A stretch of 64,000 bases of DNA from Eutreptiella sp. 'Long Island Sound 2002' (lineage: Eukaryota; Protista; Euglenida): contig OZ038378.1 of assembly GCA_964036045.1 (NCBI GenBank), forward strand, positions 181,040,001 through 181,104,000, written 5' to 3'. The translations under genes were made by a program, and so were the position numbers. A model generated the notes under the pieces. The model worked only from the letters and a program-made list of their open reading frames with translations, was not told the DNA's origin and ran no database searches. Numbering within the stretch: position 1 is the stretch's first letter; every line of letters begins with the position of its first letter. Positions 13,452-25,420 of the stretch are shown piece after piece.

Positions 13452-13660
13452 GATTGTATTGTATTATATTGTATTATGTTGTATTATGATGTATTGTAGT
13501 ATGTTGTATTGTATTGTGCGATTTTTTTTGTATTTCATTGCAGTTGTATTGTATTGTGTCAAGCGTGCTATTGACTTGAGTTGCTGATGTGGCTCATGCG
13601 GTGACCTACAGCCGCCCCCAACAGCTGGTATCTGGTTACCCCGAAGGGATAGAATCACCG
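13452..13660 (+). repeat. Second copy of the ~200-bp unit at about 5880-6092
   Basis: Near-identical text: TATTTCATTGCAGTTGTATTG...GAGTTGCTGATGTGGCTCATGCGGTGACCTACAGCCGCCCC...GATAGAATCACCGA. Confidence 0.9.
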
Positions 13661-13719
13661 AAGTCCAGTTGCAGCCTGGTCCTGGTTTGGTTTGAGTTCC
13701 ACACCTGATTTCCAATTAA

Positions 13720-13912
13720 CTCCACTCCACTCCACTACACTCCGCTCCATTCCACTCCGCTTCATCCCACTCCATTCCACTCCACTACACTCCACTCCCC
13801 TCCACTTCACTTCACTGCACTGCACTGCACTGCACTCCACTCCATTTCACACCACACCACGCAACGCCACGCCTCGCTACTCCACTCCACTCCACTCCAC
13901 TCCACTCCACTC
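13720..13912 (+). repeat. (CACTC)n/(CACTG)n pentamer microsatellite
   Basis: Visible 5-bp periodicity ending about 30 bp before the acceptor at 13942. Confidence 0.9.
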
Positions 13913-13942
13913 CCCTTCCTCCTGCGGCGTGCGGTGTCACAG

Positions 13943-14333
13943 CTGCGTGGACCGACTCACACGGCTCGTGCGCGCGGCGTACCTGCGCGTCGCCATCGAG
14001 GAGCGCATGTTCCCCACAACGTTGGAGCTGGTCGACACCGAGCGGCTGTATGGGCAGACCCTCAGCAACTGTGACCAGAGCGGCGACCCCTTTCAGATCA
14101 TTATCGAGGGGCACCCACAGGAGCTTCAGCCGGAGGGGACCCAGGCCTCCGCCGAGAGTGAACTGATGGCCCTGAAGCGCCCCATCACGAGCACTTACAC
14201 GCGGACCGATTGGAAGGAGGCCGAGAAGCCCACGTACGGCCCCGATACCAACCTGACGGAATTGTTCGGGAAGGAGGTGCGGCTGATGGCGTGGCTGCTG
14301 CCGGAGGACCCTGACGTCCGGCCTCCTTCGAAG
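13943..14333 (+). CDS. Gene 1 exon (SCVDRLTRLV...RPPSK)
   Basis: TCACAG|C completes the AG+C (Ser) codon; AAG|GTGCCT phase-0 donor; strong GC3 bias. Confidence 0.8.
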
Positions 14334-15148
14334 GTGCCTCTGCCCTGTCCGTGCCCCAAACACCCGTTCCCTCCGTTCCAAGGCCTGTTTAGCGTGCCCT
14401 GTGCATCCTCCTGTCAGTGCCCTGTGTGCTCCTGCCGTGCGGTCTGAAGTGGCAAATTGAAGTGCAGGGGTGACGGTGTCCAAAGGCATCGATGCGCTGA
14501 CACGTGCACTGCCCTCTGTCAGGTGGTGTCGGTTGTCCAACCTTTCAAGCAGCCCGTCGCCTCCACTGCCCCATGTTGTGCGGCCCTGTGCATGGCTGCG
14601 GTGCCTGTTGCAAGCACCCGCACTAGCCGCCGTGGCGGTGAAGTCGGTACGTCGCAAACTTCCCCATTTTTCCGTCGGTGAGTGCGGTGGGCTGATTGTT
14701 TCAAAGGGAATTGTGGGGAAGATCCTCAACCCCTGGAAAAATGGGGGAAATCGGATTGTGAAAAATGGTTATTTCGTCCCATTTTGGTCCCATTTTCCTC
14801 AACCACATGCCGCCACAACCCTCAACAACTCACATTCCTGGTGCTATGCCCGCAATCCCCCCCCCCCCCCATTCCCACCCATTTTTCTTCATTTCCCCCC
14901 ATTTCCCCCCATTTTTCTCCATTTCCCCCATTTCCCCTATGTTATAGACTCCGAAATCCTAGTTGCGTGAGTTCGGTGGCGGTGAGCGCGGATGCCTGCT
15001 TTTTGCATGCTCTCTGCCTGCCCTCCGCATGCCCCCCCGCATGCATGGCCTCTGCATGCTCCGCATGTGCCATCCGCCTGCCCTCCTGCAGGCGGTGTGT
15101 CCACGCCATCCCGGCCCGAAATGTTGGATGCAAGTGCCGACCTTACAG

Positions 15149-15403
15149 AAGTGCATCTGCGTGCTCCTCGGAGAGCTACCTGCGCCAACGAAGTACGTGC
15201 GGTACATGGTCCAGGGCGAGCTGCAGGCGGGTGTCCTCAGCAACTCCTGCGGCCGCAAAGGCTACGCTCCGTTTGTGGTGGTGGAGGCGTTCACGATAGA
15301 TGAGGCCGTGAACGTGGAACACGAGCGGTTCACCACAAATCAGGACTTCAACCGCCATAAGGACGCAGTGCGGCGCCGCAAGCCGTACCCCGAGTACAAG
15401 AAG
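15149..15403 (+). CDS. Gene 1 exon (KCICVLLGE...PEYKK)
   Basis: CCTTACAG| acceptor and AAG|GTGTGC phase-0 donor, matching the next exon; strong GC3 bias. Confidence 0.78.
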
Positions 15404-15630
15404 GTGTGCGCCGTGAGGGATCTGCGGTAAGTTCAATGATGGTACGGTATCATTAACTGTGGTTACACTTTTTTCAATGTTGTACCGACAAAACGGACGT
15501 TGTGAGCACGCGTGAAATCAATTATATCGAACTGTGAGTTAAAATAATGATGATGACATCGATGGTGTACTCACGCACAGGTACAATGTTCATTTAATGA
15601 TTTTGAAAATGTTATTCATCTTGCTTACTG

Positions 15631-16140
15631 TTACAATGTTGTAACCATCAGTAAATTCGACAATATTGATCCTTTTACTAGAGCTCTTACGAGGCGGCAA
15701 CCACGAGTCATGTTGATAAATTTGGAGGCATTTTTCGGGGTTATGTTGCCACTTGGTGACTTATCCCTGCACAACCAGAAAAAACATGATTGCTGGTGAA
15801 ATTGGAGACAATGAGGGTGTGCACACAACGGACAAAAAGATCATTGCCAGTGAATTTGGAGAGAGAGGGTGACCATCGTCATCTGTCTCTGGTGAGTCCA
15901 TTTGGAGCGGAGTAGATGATGCAGAGGCTTAAGATGCCAATGCCATCCCTATGCGTCTAGTTCCTGAGCATGGCACAAGAGGCATTCGTACCGCCCTGTC
16001 TGTGCTAGTAATGACCGTACAGGTTCCGCTTGCTGCTTCCCCTCCAATAAGTACCCAATCCATGACAAAAAACAAAGGACCATAATAGTGGGTCTACCTA
16101 TGATGGAATAAGGACGCAGGTGGAGGCACCACGTTGACAC
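15631..16140 (-). mobile_element. Possible C-terminal remnant of a LINE (CCHC finger region, RandI/Dualen-like)
   Basis: Minus-strand fragments CPLCAHPHC...SC followed by (H)xxCRLVRALVKGSIL resemble the CPLC...H..SGC...HN.A.R.I.KA..KG region of algal LINEs; broken by stops and frameshifts. Confidence 0.3.
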
Positions 16141-18550
16141 CTAGCACACCCTATTCTGCGCGGTCTTTATAGATAACGAGGGTGTGCGGGTAGATGCCAT
16201 CATGCCATAAGGCACACACCCCATCCACATTGTTGCCCCTGCACGAATGGAGAACAAATCCAAACATGTTGCTGCCTCACCACATTTGCCTGAGCAACCC
16301 AAAAAGAAAAGGTACACGCCATGTGCACACGTACAAATCTTCCCATGTTCCCCTATCCTGAGGGCCTGGGTGAGCGCCCCCCCTTTACCAAAGAAAAAAT
16401 TTGGACAAAGTCTTTCACCTTCACACTATGTTCCTCAACATAATCAGCGCAATACAATAATCAGATATATTATATTATCAATCGTGTACCTGGTGAATAC
16501 ATGGAGGCAACCCAAAGTGGTGACCACAAGTAAACATGTACAAATTGACAACATGATTTATGTAGTACTTATAATATCCAACAGTGGTCGAAGATATAAC
16601 TTGTTGAATAACATTACAACTTTTGGAAAAGTGATGCACATGACCCATTGTGCTTTACAAATTCTATTGCCTTCGGCAAGGCACCTAGACGAGGGGCGAG
16701 CAGCCCCGAGACACGAACAGCATGCCCTGGGGACATATGCTACGGCTATATGGGTGACTGGAGTGCAAGTCTCCACAAATGATCACCCAAACCCATTGCA
16801 AAGCCGACTGTTTTTTTTAGAACAAAAGGTCACAGTTTTGAAAATTTTTGGGGCCCCGCCGCCTTGTGCCCCCCCCCCCCCCCAAAAAAAGCGGCACCCA
16901 GGTAGGGGGGGGGGGGGGGCTGGGGGATCAAAATCAGAAAATTCGTTGGGGGATAAGGTTGTCTCCCAAAATGATGATTCTACAAGGGGGAAAACATCCA
17001 ATATCACACATTGGGGTATGCTAAGCGAATACCCCCAAAAGGGGGTGGTACATGGCGCTCATGCCTGCGCTTGATCTAACAACCCTCTTTCAGGTGATTT
17101 TGATTTACCACGGCCTTTAAGGGTCTGCTAGGGTCCGCAATGGTGGGAGAAATGACATGGCTACTATTCCCATGGGTCCCATACGTACATACACCATAAA
17201 ATGCTTTCAAGGAGTCTTCATCAAACTCACACATGTCCCAATGGATATTCACTGTTCATGGACATCCAAGCATGCCCACACATCATGGGCCAGCAACCTA
17301 TCACCCACCCCACCTGGGCTGATCCACATGGGCATCAGGAAAGCCAGTGTTATCCCTTCCCCCCGTTATCAGGGTCAGGTCAGAGTGGCATAAGCGGTGG
17401 ATATATGCCCCCAGCATTTGAGTCTGGGACCCTCCAGGGTGCCCTGCAGGCAGGTGAGGACCCCAGCGTGGCGGTGGGGCTATGTCATAAAGGTGAAAAG
17501 GCGTACAGTGGGCACAAGTTGGTACAGCCTCGACAAGGTGCTCTCTGTAGAGTAACAACTGCAAAGAGTAGGTCCGCTGCTTCTCCTGAAGGACCTCTTC
17601 GACCCGCAGTGCTTTACTCCTTTGGAGCCATAACCGTTTGTCAACTTAGTCGCAAATATTTCACTTATTCGTTCAAAGAGCGTGCGCAAGAAAGTCCATT
17701 GCGGAATCCATTTTTGCGACCGATTTCGCATTCCTCAGCCAAAGCTGTGCACGCTTGGCACAGCGTCAACAAAATCGTACACGTGGACACAGGCGAGAGT
17801 GATAGACATGTATGGTTGGCAGATCGACAGTGTTGATGGAGCCTGTGGGAGATGTACTCTGTTGGACAGAGCTGTCCAACAGGAGCTGACTGGCGATGGT
17901 TGGTTCTGCACTTGGTTGTGTTGTGTGGCAGTGTACCTCCGGGCTGTGTGTGGTTGTGGGGGGGTGTGTGTGGGGTTGGGTACCGCTTGAGTGCCCAGAC
18001 GCGACCGGCAAGTCTACTGAGGTATCCTCAGGGGCTGAGAAAGCCCTTCCGCAACTGTGTAGTATTGGGTGTAGACTGCGTGTAGAGTGCGTAGAGGGGG
18101 CGCATACAGTGCTCATGGAATGTGTATGGAGGGTGCATAAAGCGTGCATAGTGCATATAGTACCACATAGGCGCTTAGAAAGCACACCGACGGCGCATAG
18201 AGGATGCTTTTAGTGCCGCATAGGCGGCGAATATAGTGCGCATAGAAGGCCCGCATAAGGGGTACATAAAGGGCGCAGAGAGGGCGCATGGAGATGTGCT
18301 AGAGAGATGTCGGATAGGCCAATGGTCTGTGGGTGTGTGGCAGGTTGAAGATGCGTTTGGCAAAGATTTTCGTGACAGTTGGCAACCCTTGGCACTGGCC
18401 GAGTGCCAGCCCACAGTACAATTCTTTGCCATTTACGCCACACAGATCCCCCCCGGGACGGCCGGCCCCTCCCTTACGACGTGTCAGACCGAGGGATCAT
18501 CCCCAAGCCACGCATACAGACTGAGCCACACAGACCGTCCGTGTCCCCAG

Positions 18551-19072
18551 GAGCTGCACAACCAGTGGCAGTACTACGAGAGCATCCACAAAAAGGGCCG
18601 CCAGCAGAAGCTGAAGGAACAGGGGGAGGACACCGGGTACTGCACCAGCAGCGACTCGGAGCCCGAGAAGGACTACGACGGCCACTCGGACAGTGTCGGG
18701 CTGCACGAGCCCCGCACGTTCCCCGCGGTCACCATGAACTACTGCAGCGTGAACCGCGCCAAGTTCGCCGGCTCCCCGAAGCCCGCGCGGGAGTTCCGGA
18801 CGTACACGCCGCCGCGGGTGCCGAAGCGCGACTGGGAGACAGAGCGGGGGCCGATGGAGACGCGGCGGGCGTTCAAGAATCTCACGCAGAGGACCGCGCA
18901 GGAGGACAACGCGCATCGGCTCAGGCCCTCGGAGCAGCGCATTGCGGACCTGCAGGAGCCGTGGGACCCACCCACGTGGCCCTTCGATCGCGAGGACGAC
19001 CGCACAGGCACGTTCACAGTGTACGCGAAGCCCCGGAGTTTGGAGCTGCCGCCCTCCGTCCACATCAACCAG
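18551..19072 (+). CDS. Gene 1 exon (ELHNQWQYYE...VHINQ)
   Basis: GTCCCCAG| acceptor and CAG|GTGTGA donor, phase 0; strong GC3 bias. Confidence 0.82.
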
Positions 19073-19616
19073 GTGTGACCCTGTGCGTGCCCGGGACGTG
19101 CTTTGTGCATACCCTTCCAACCCTCACAGGCTGCACGGAGGGGTTTGGCGCGCACAACGCGCGGGCGCTGGGCGCAGTTTGCGCCTTGTCTGACGAGGCG
19201 CGCGGATCCAGCGAAACACTGGCTCTGTGCATGGCATCGGCGTGCTTTGTGCATAGCACGAAACGAGCCGCCCTTTGTTGGATGGACTTGCTGGTTTGGC
19301 TGTGTGATGGTACCTTTTCCCGCAGTGGCCAGCTGTGCACTGTGACGTACACAGCGCCACCCGCTGTGGAGGTAGTGATTCGGTTGAGGTTGCAGGGGTG
19401 CTTACCTATGCTCACGGTGTGGGCAGTATAGAATGACAATTGAAGGGATGGACGATTGGCATGGATTTGGGGATGGCCAATGGTAATTGTACACTTGCGA
19501 TTGCACTGGACAGTCAGCACCTTGATGATGCACCTTGAAGAGGGTGTGGGGCGTGTGTATCCTGAAGGATGGGGCCGGCAACCCAGCAATGCAACCCCAT
19601 TGCACATCATCTGTGG

Positions 19617-20065
19617 TGTGTGTGATGTGATGTGATGTGATGTGATGTGATGTGATGTGATGTGATGTGATGTGATGTGATGTGATGTGATGTGATGTGA
19701 TGTGATGTGATGTGATGTGATGTGATGTGATGTGATGTGATGTGATGTGATGTGATGTGATGTGATGTGATGTGATGTGATGTGATGTGATGTGATGTGA
19801 TGTGATGTGATGTGATGTGATGTGATGTGATGTGATGTGATGTGATGTGATGTGATGTGATGTGATGTGATGTGATGTGATGTGATGTGACGTGATGTGA
19901 TGTGACGTGACGTGACGTGACGTGACGTGACGTGACGTGACGTGACGTGACGGGATGCGATGTGATGCGATGCGATGCGATGCGATGCGATGTGATGTGA
20001 TGCGATGCGATGCGATGCGATGCGATGTGATGTGATGCGATGCGATGCGATGCGATGCGATGTGA
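19617..20065 (+). repeat. Compound pentamer microsatellite (GATGT)n-(GACGT)n-(GATGC)n
   Basis: About 450 bp of 5-bp periodicity with block-wise variants, running up to the acceptor at 20071. Confidence 0.97.
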
Positions 20066-20071
20066 TCGCAG

Positions 20072-20452
20072 GGCGACTCGGAGCAGAAGAGGAAGGAGTA
20101 CGAAACGGCGCTGTGGCATTCCAAAGTCAAAGTCGACACGTTGGACTTCAAAGTGCGGATGGTCACGAAAGGCGTCCCGGACGTGCTGGACAAGCACCTG
20201 AAGGGGATGCTAAAGGACCCCCCGCAGAAGACTTCCCTCCGCGACGCAACCCGCTACGCCATGAGCCCGGGGTCGCTGTCTCACTCGCCGCACCCGCCCC
20301 AGAAGCGGATGCCGCGGAAGGGCCAGACAGACGTTTATGTGCTGGACCCGGCGGTGGACATCACGGCCAAGAAGCGCAAGCCGGTCAAAGTGGAGACACC
20401 GCCGGATCCGCGCGCCGGACTCTGGGGCCCTGCACTTCACATGTCTATTTGA
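20072..20452 (+). CDS. Gene 1 last exon (GDSEQKRKEY...LHMSI*)
   Basis: CGCAG|GGC acceptor, in frame with ORF 20141..20452. The eight exons total 2448 nt (815 aa plus stop) with consistent phases. No family recognised. Confidence 0.8.
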   Translation, partial: GDSEQKRKEYETALWHSKVKVDTLDFKVRMVTKGVPDVLDKHLKGMLKDPPQKTSLRDATRYAMSPGSLSHSPHPPQKRMPRKGQTDVYVLDPAVDITAKKRKPVKVETPPDPRAGLWGPALHMSI

Positions 20453-23400
20453 GGCCCGGTCATCGGGTTTAAAGGCCGTCGGCGCGCTTCCCACAGTCGA
20501 GCCCACGGCGATCTTCAAGGAGCCAATCTCCCTCCCTCCCTCCCTCCCTCCCTCCGTCCCTCCCTCACCTTTTCTTTTGTACAAGACCGCTGGCGGTTGG
20601 CGGCTAACCGACGTCGGCTGGCAGGTAACCGACGTCGGTTGGCAATTGGCCAGCGTCGGTTGGCTGTCAAGTAACACGTTTTGAAGTTTGGGTATGACAG
20701 GGTGCATAATTTTTTCCTTTCTTTCTTTTTTTTGCACCACAGGTCGCCCTACTCGAGCCATCCCGAACTGCCCGCGGGCTCCATATCTGAGCCCACTGCG
20801 CAGCGTCGCACCACATTACCAATTTTTGTGCAGGACGTGTCCTGCAAGTGGATGGGGCTGGTGCACTGCTGCCAGTTCCGGACGGGGGGGGGTTCGATTT
20901 CGGGGGTCCAGCGGACTGTTTTTGGGGTTTTGGGCACTCTGCGGGGCGCTTTACGGTGCTCGATTCCTCAGGGCGGTTGTCTCCGCTCCCCCGGGCCCGT
21001 TCGGGTCGCCGCGGTTTCGTGTTGGTCTACCGTCAGATCCTCAGGCAGTCATTGCCTGCCCATCCCTTCCATCTGACCATTGTATGTCTTCTGCCTCCTG
21101 CGCCACCCCGGGCCATTCAGTACCCCGACGGCAACGGTGTGAATCAAGTAATCAAGTAAATGTCCCAAAAAGGTTTTATGTGTATCTTGCGCTCGCACTG
21201 GTCCCATGGGCTTCCTCTGCGGCGCACCGAATCGGCTACGGCTGACTAGTGCGGGGCGGTGAGGGCGACCCTGTCCCCTGGGAGGCGGGTCCCAGCAGGG
21301 CACGGTCCCACATTTTGGTCAGCTGAACTGGGGCCCGACCCACCCGTCGAGCAGGAACCAGTTCCATCATCAGAGCTACTGACTAAGAACCAGCCCTGAG
21401 CCCCCGCACCCCCCTCTCAAACGGACCACAGGCTTGACGCCGAAGCATGGGCTGCCGCCATCACATCATCAGGCATGCCTCTTTCTGTCCCCCTTTCCTC
21501 AATCTGTGACTATCCTGACCCCCAGCCTCAAGTGTCTCTCCGAACCCAGCGATGGATGCTGGCCTTCTGGCAAAGCGATGTGCTCGCGGCTGTTTTGTTT
21601 TCCAAGGAGCATCCGTTGCGAACCCATTTCAGTTAGTGTCCAAGTAATGAATGCTGTGCTGTTGCTACCCGAACCCCTCCTTCGCACCAATGCTCCAAAC
21701 TTATCCTTGATGGAACTTGGATGTGGGCTGCCCAGACTCAGGACAGGTCCAGGCGAGCAATGGACTCGTGTGGTGCCGCTTGATTTTGCTTGCTTTGGCC
21801 CCGACCTGCTGTGCCAAGACTCTTGACATCCGCACTGGGGCATGCAGGCCCCTCCACATTTCTCTGAGCAGGGGTTGCGCCTTCCGCTTCTTTATTTTAC
21901 TGGTGAATCCGCGGTTCGTAGCACGGGCCGTCCGAAAGCACACGCACACGGGCATGGCTGTCATGGCGATGTGTCGCCTTCGGCTCCCGGGACAAAGGCT
22001 GTGTGCATGGGATCGAGCGGGGGTCTTGCCTCCGAGGCGTGCGACCAATGAGTCGCGATGTGCGCTCTGTTGCTCACAGCCCCAGCGCAGAGTTTCCGTG
22101 GAATATTCGCACACCCAACAAGCCTGGAGGGGGGGGGGCGGGGGCTCTGTACAGGACTCCTGCCCCCTGTCCTTAACACCGGACATCTCCCCTCCCCTCG
22201 CCTTCGGCCATTGGAACTTTGTGAGGGGGGCAGGGTCAGCGTCATAAAGCGAGTAGCCCCCCCCCTCCCCTCTGGACCTCAGAGCAAATGTTTATGGCGG
22301 GGACAGATGTGATTTTCCAACAGATTATTTGGCATTTTGGGGGCGTAGATTTTTGGGGCGTCATGTAAGTCACGTATTTTTTTTTTTTTGCTGGAATGGC
22401 AAGTACAAGATAATCATGTTGGCGAGTACTGCAAAAACCGGGGACTCGCCGTTATTGCAAAACCTTTTGGGTCCCAGATAGCGCCCCGCCCCAGTGGTCT
22501 CTTCAGGGGAAGCCCCGCCCCAGCCCTTCCTCAATTTGCATTGGTCTGTCCATTTACCCCTGGCCTTCGTCAGCGTGTCCTGCTCCTCCGTTCTCCATGT
22601 TGACCCCCTTGTGTATGATGAAGTCTTCGCATGTGTTGTTGATAGCCCTTCACCCAAGTCGGACCACCTCCGTCGCCAGATGCGTGTTTGACCAGCCACC
22701 CACATCATGCGTGCACACATCAACAGCATGGCATTGAACTGCCGGGCGGAATTCATGACTGTCCTTTATCCCAAGCAAACGGGTCGCGCACCGTGCGCTT
22801 TGCCCGTGCTGTGCGCGCGCTGTGCGAACGGTAGGCAATTTTGGACCACGACGGCCAAGGTGATCGCGGTAACTACTGCGTTCCTATACACAGGTACTCA
22901 GATTCTTACTCGGTCCAAAAACTCAGATAATGAGTTAAAGCAATTATGTTTCACACTGAAAATGCCAGATTGCTGTCTAAATCTGCTGGTTTTGCCCTGC
23001 GGACGTCGCTCCCCCGGGAGTGGGTGGTTTTCAGGGTGGTCACGGGAAAGCTAACTTACTATTGGGTGCTGTGCGCGCGCTGTGTAACGCCCCCAACAGC
23101 CATCCCACAATGCCACTTGGCACGGCTGCAGTGGCCTGTGGCAGGGGTGTTCACAGGCCAGGGACAAGCAACCGCGGGTAACACACGAGCCAACAAAGGA
23201 ATAGCCCGCAATCCCCCAATACCCCGTGCCATCCCTACATTCGTTTCAGCTCCTGCAGCCTGACCCTAATGTGGACTGGCCGTGAAATGCAGTACCGCGC
23301 CTCTGAGGCGGCCGTCGTTCCACCGCTGCCCCTCGGACCGAAAATCCACGTGATGCCTGCGTGCTTTGCACCACCGCACAAGTCTCTTTGCAGGCCTGAC

Positions 23401-25289
23401 CTGGGACCCCAGCCACTCAACGAAGTCTTTGGGCGCTCAGAGTTTCCATGGCAGACATGTGATCTCAGCTTCCGCATTTCCGATTTGGAGGGTGGGAGAG
23501 CCAAGAAGAAAGGGGGGTGGGTGGGCAGCATTTCAAAACAGGGCACTGTGGTCAACCATGATATTAGCCTCCGCCCTAACCGTTTCCTGACCTTTTCACT
23601 GGAGAGAACATCAGCTTCCCTGAATGTTTATGAAATGTTTAGCTGTCTTTTGCTGTGCTCTTTCTCTCTCCAGCCTGGCCCTGCTTTCTGTCGTAAATAC
23701 CACCCGGCCTTGTCTTCCCTGCCTCTTTGTGATTTGAAAGCGTGCAGGGTGTTCAGCGCCTGACATGCATCCGACAGACACCTGACACAGAACAATGCTA
23801 TCCTGTTTTTATGGCTATGGTTGGTTGAATCGCCGCGAAAGGTTGCTGTACTGCAGATTGTTTAGGTGACCCACAGACCCCGAGGCAGTGGTTGTAGAAT
23901 GCGGGCACCGTGCGTGCGCAGTGGGGGCAAACAGCAAACTCCGCAGATATCCTGCAGCAATCCAAAACAGTTGCCAATTTGCAGCAGAAAGTTGGAATTC
24001 GAAGAATTCTGTGTCAGGTCTGCGCAAAGTTGCCCACCGCAGGTTTCTACCGTGCCCCCCCCCCCCCTCCCCCGTCCCTCCTGGTACAGCTAGGACGTTC
24101 TGTTTCCTGCTGTGGGACCCGTCGCCCCCCCCCCCCCCCCCCCGCCCCTGCTGCACCACACTACTTGACTCAGCGAATCCCTTCTTGATAGGTGCGATCA
24201 GGGATGTATTAGAACGGCCAACAACCATAGGAGGTGCCCCCCCCCCCCCCCCCGGACCCTTGGAGGTTTGGCATAGAGAATAAAGATGCACTTAAGCCTT
24301 ACTGTGGAGTTACCTCTGGTTTGCATTTGTCCGTTTTTTCAATAGGTCTCCACCTACCTTGGACCCCCACCTGCCCCCCCCCCCCCCCCCTCCCCTTCTA
24401 ATGTTGTGACAATCGGTGCCGGGCAAAATGCACAAAAAATTTTCTCTGGTGCCTTCGGCGCAAATCTGGGGTAGTATTATGCATTATCTGATTGATCATC
24501 TGCATGGGTCTCATCCTGGGTCAGATCGTTGCTTAATGTGGGTCCAGCTGGAGGGTGGGAGGCCCGGGGGGGGGGGGGGTGCCTGGGGCTGCCTGTCAGC
24601 CCCAGACACAGTCCTTGTGCTCAGCAGCAGAGGAGGTTAGGAATGAATGCATGAGATGCGCTAAATACAATGGATACGATACATGACAGACTCAAGATAG
24701 AGAGATACGATGGCTGTTACGATAGATGATACGAGACAGGACTGCTGCATTTGAGTGCACCACAGACCTGCAGGTTTTTTTTTGGGGGAGGGTAGCACTA
24801 AAGCGAACCCTGAGGACTGCACACGGGACACATACCCCCCAACCCTTTTGCGTGAACCACGTCTTGTCAGAACAACAATAGGTGTCGGTTCCGCAACTTT
24901 TGGAACTTTACCGTTGTGTTCTTGCAAGGGGGTGAGGAGTACAATGTGATTGAGAAAACAGCAGGAAATTGAACCACCACCTCACTCCTCCTACCTGGAC
25001 CCCTTGACCCAAAGAACAAGGGGACACAGTTGTTGCTTTTGAAATGCTGACGGACTTACAGCCGAACGTGTCTTTGATGGGGTGGTCGTTCGTTCAATCA
25101 AACTGACCATCGCTCTCCATGGAATGCTTGGCTGTTGACTACAGAATCCTGCCCAGCTCATTGGATGCATACTGAGGGGAAATTTTAGAGGGCGAAGAAA
25201 ATCACTTGGACAAATTTGGAAGCCCTTCCTCCTACCAAACATTTCTTTCAATTTCAAGGACTGCGTGCCAAAGTGTGTGCACAGGAAAT

Positions 25290-25420
25290 AACAGTAACCA
25301 TCCAGAGCCCACCACAAAATAATAGCAACCATCCAATGCCCATACGGAAATAACAGCAACCATCCAGAGCCTGCCAGAAAATAACATCAGCCATTCAGAG
25401 CCCACTCAGCAACATCAGCA
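25290..25420 (+). repeat. ~30-bp minisatellite (AAATAACAGYAACCATCCAGAGCC...), about 4 copies
   Basis: Degenerate tandem copies; the same motif recurs at about 45455-45510. Confidence 0.75.

Noticed and set aside
19402-20197. HHITS-repeat ORFs; likewise the VWCGV/HHTTP ORFs at 48687-49200 and the CV/HT ORFs at 42220-42853
   Set aside because: Microsatellite artefacts.
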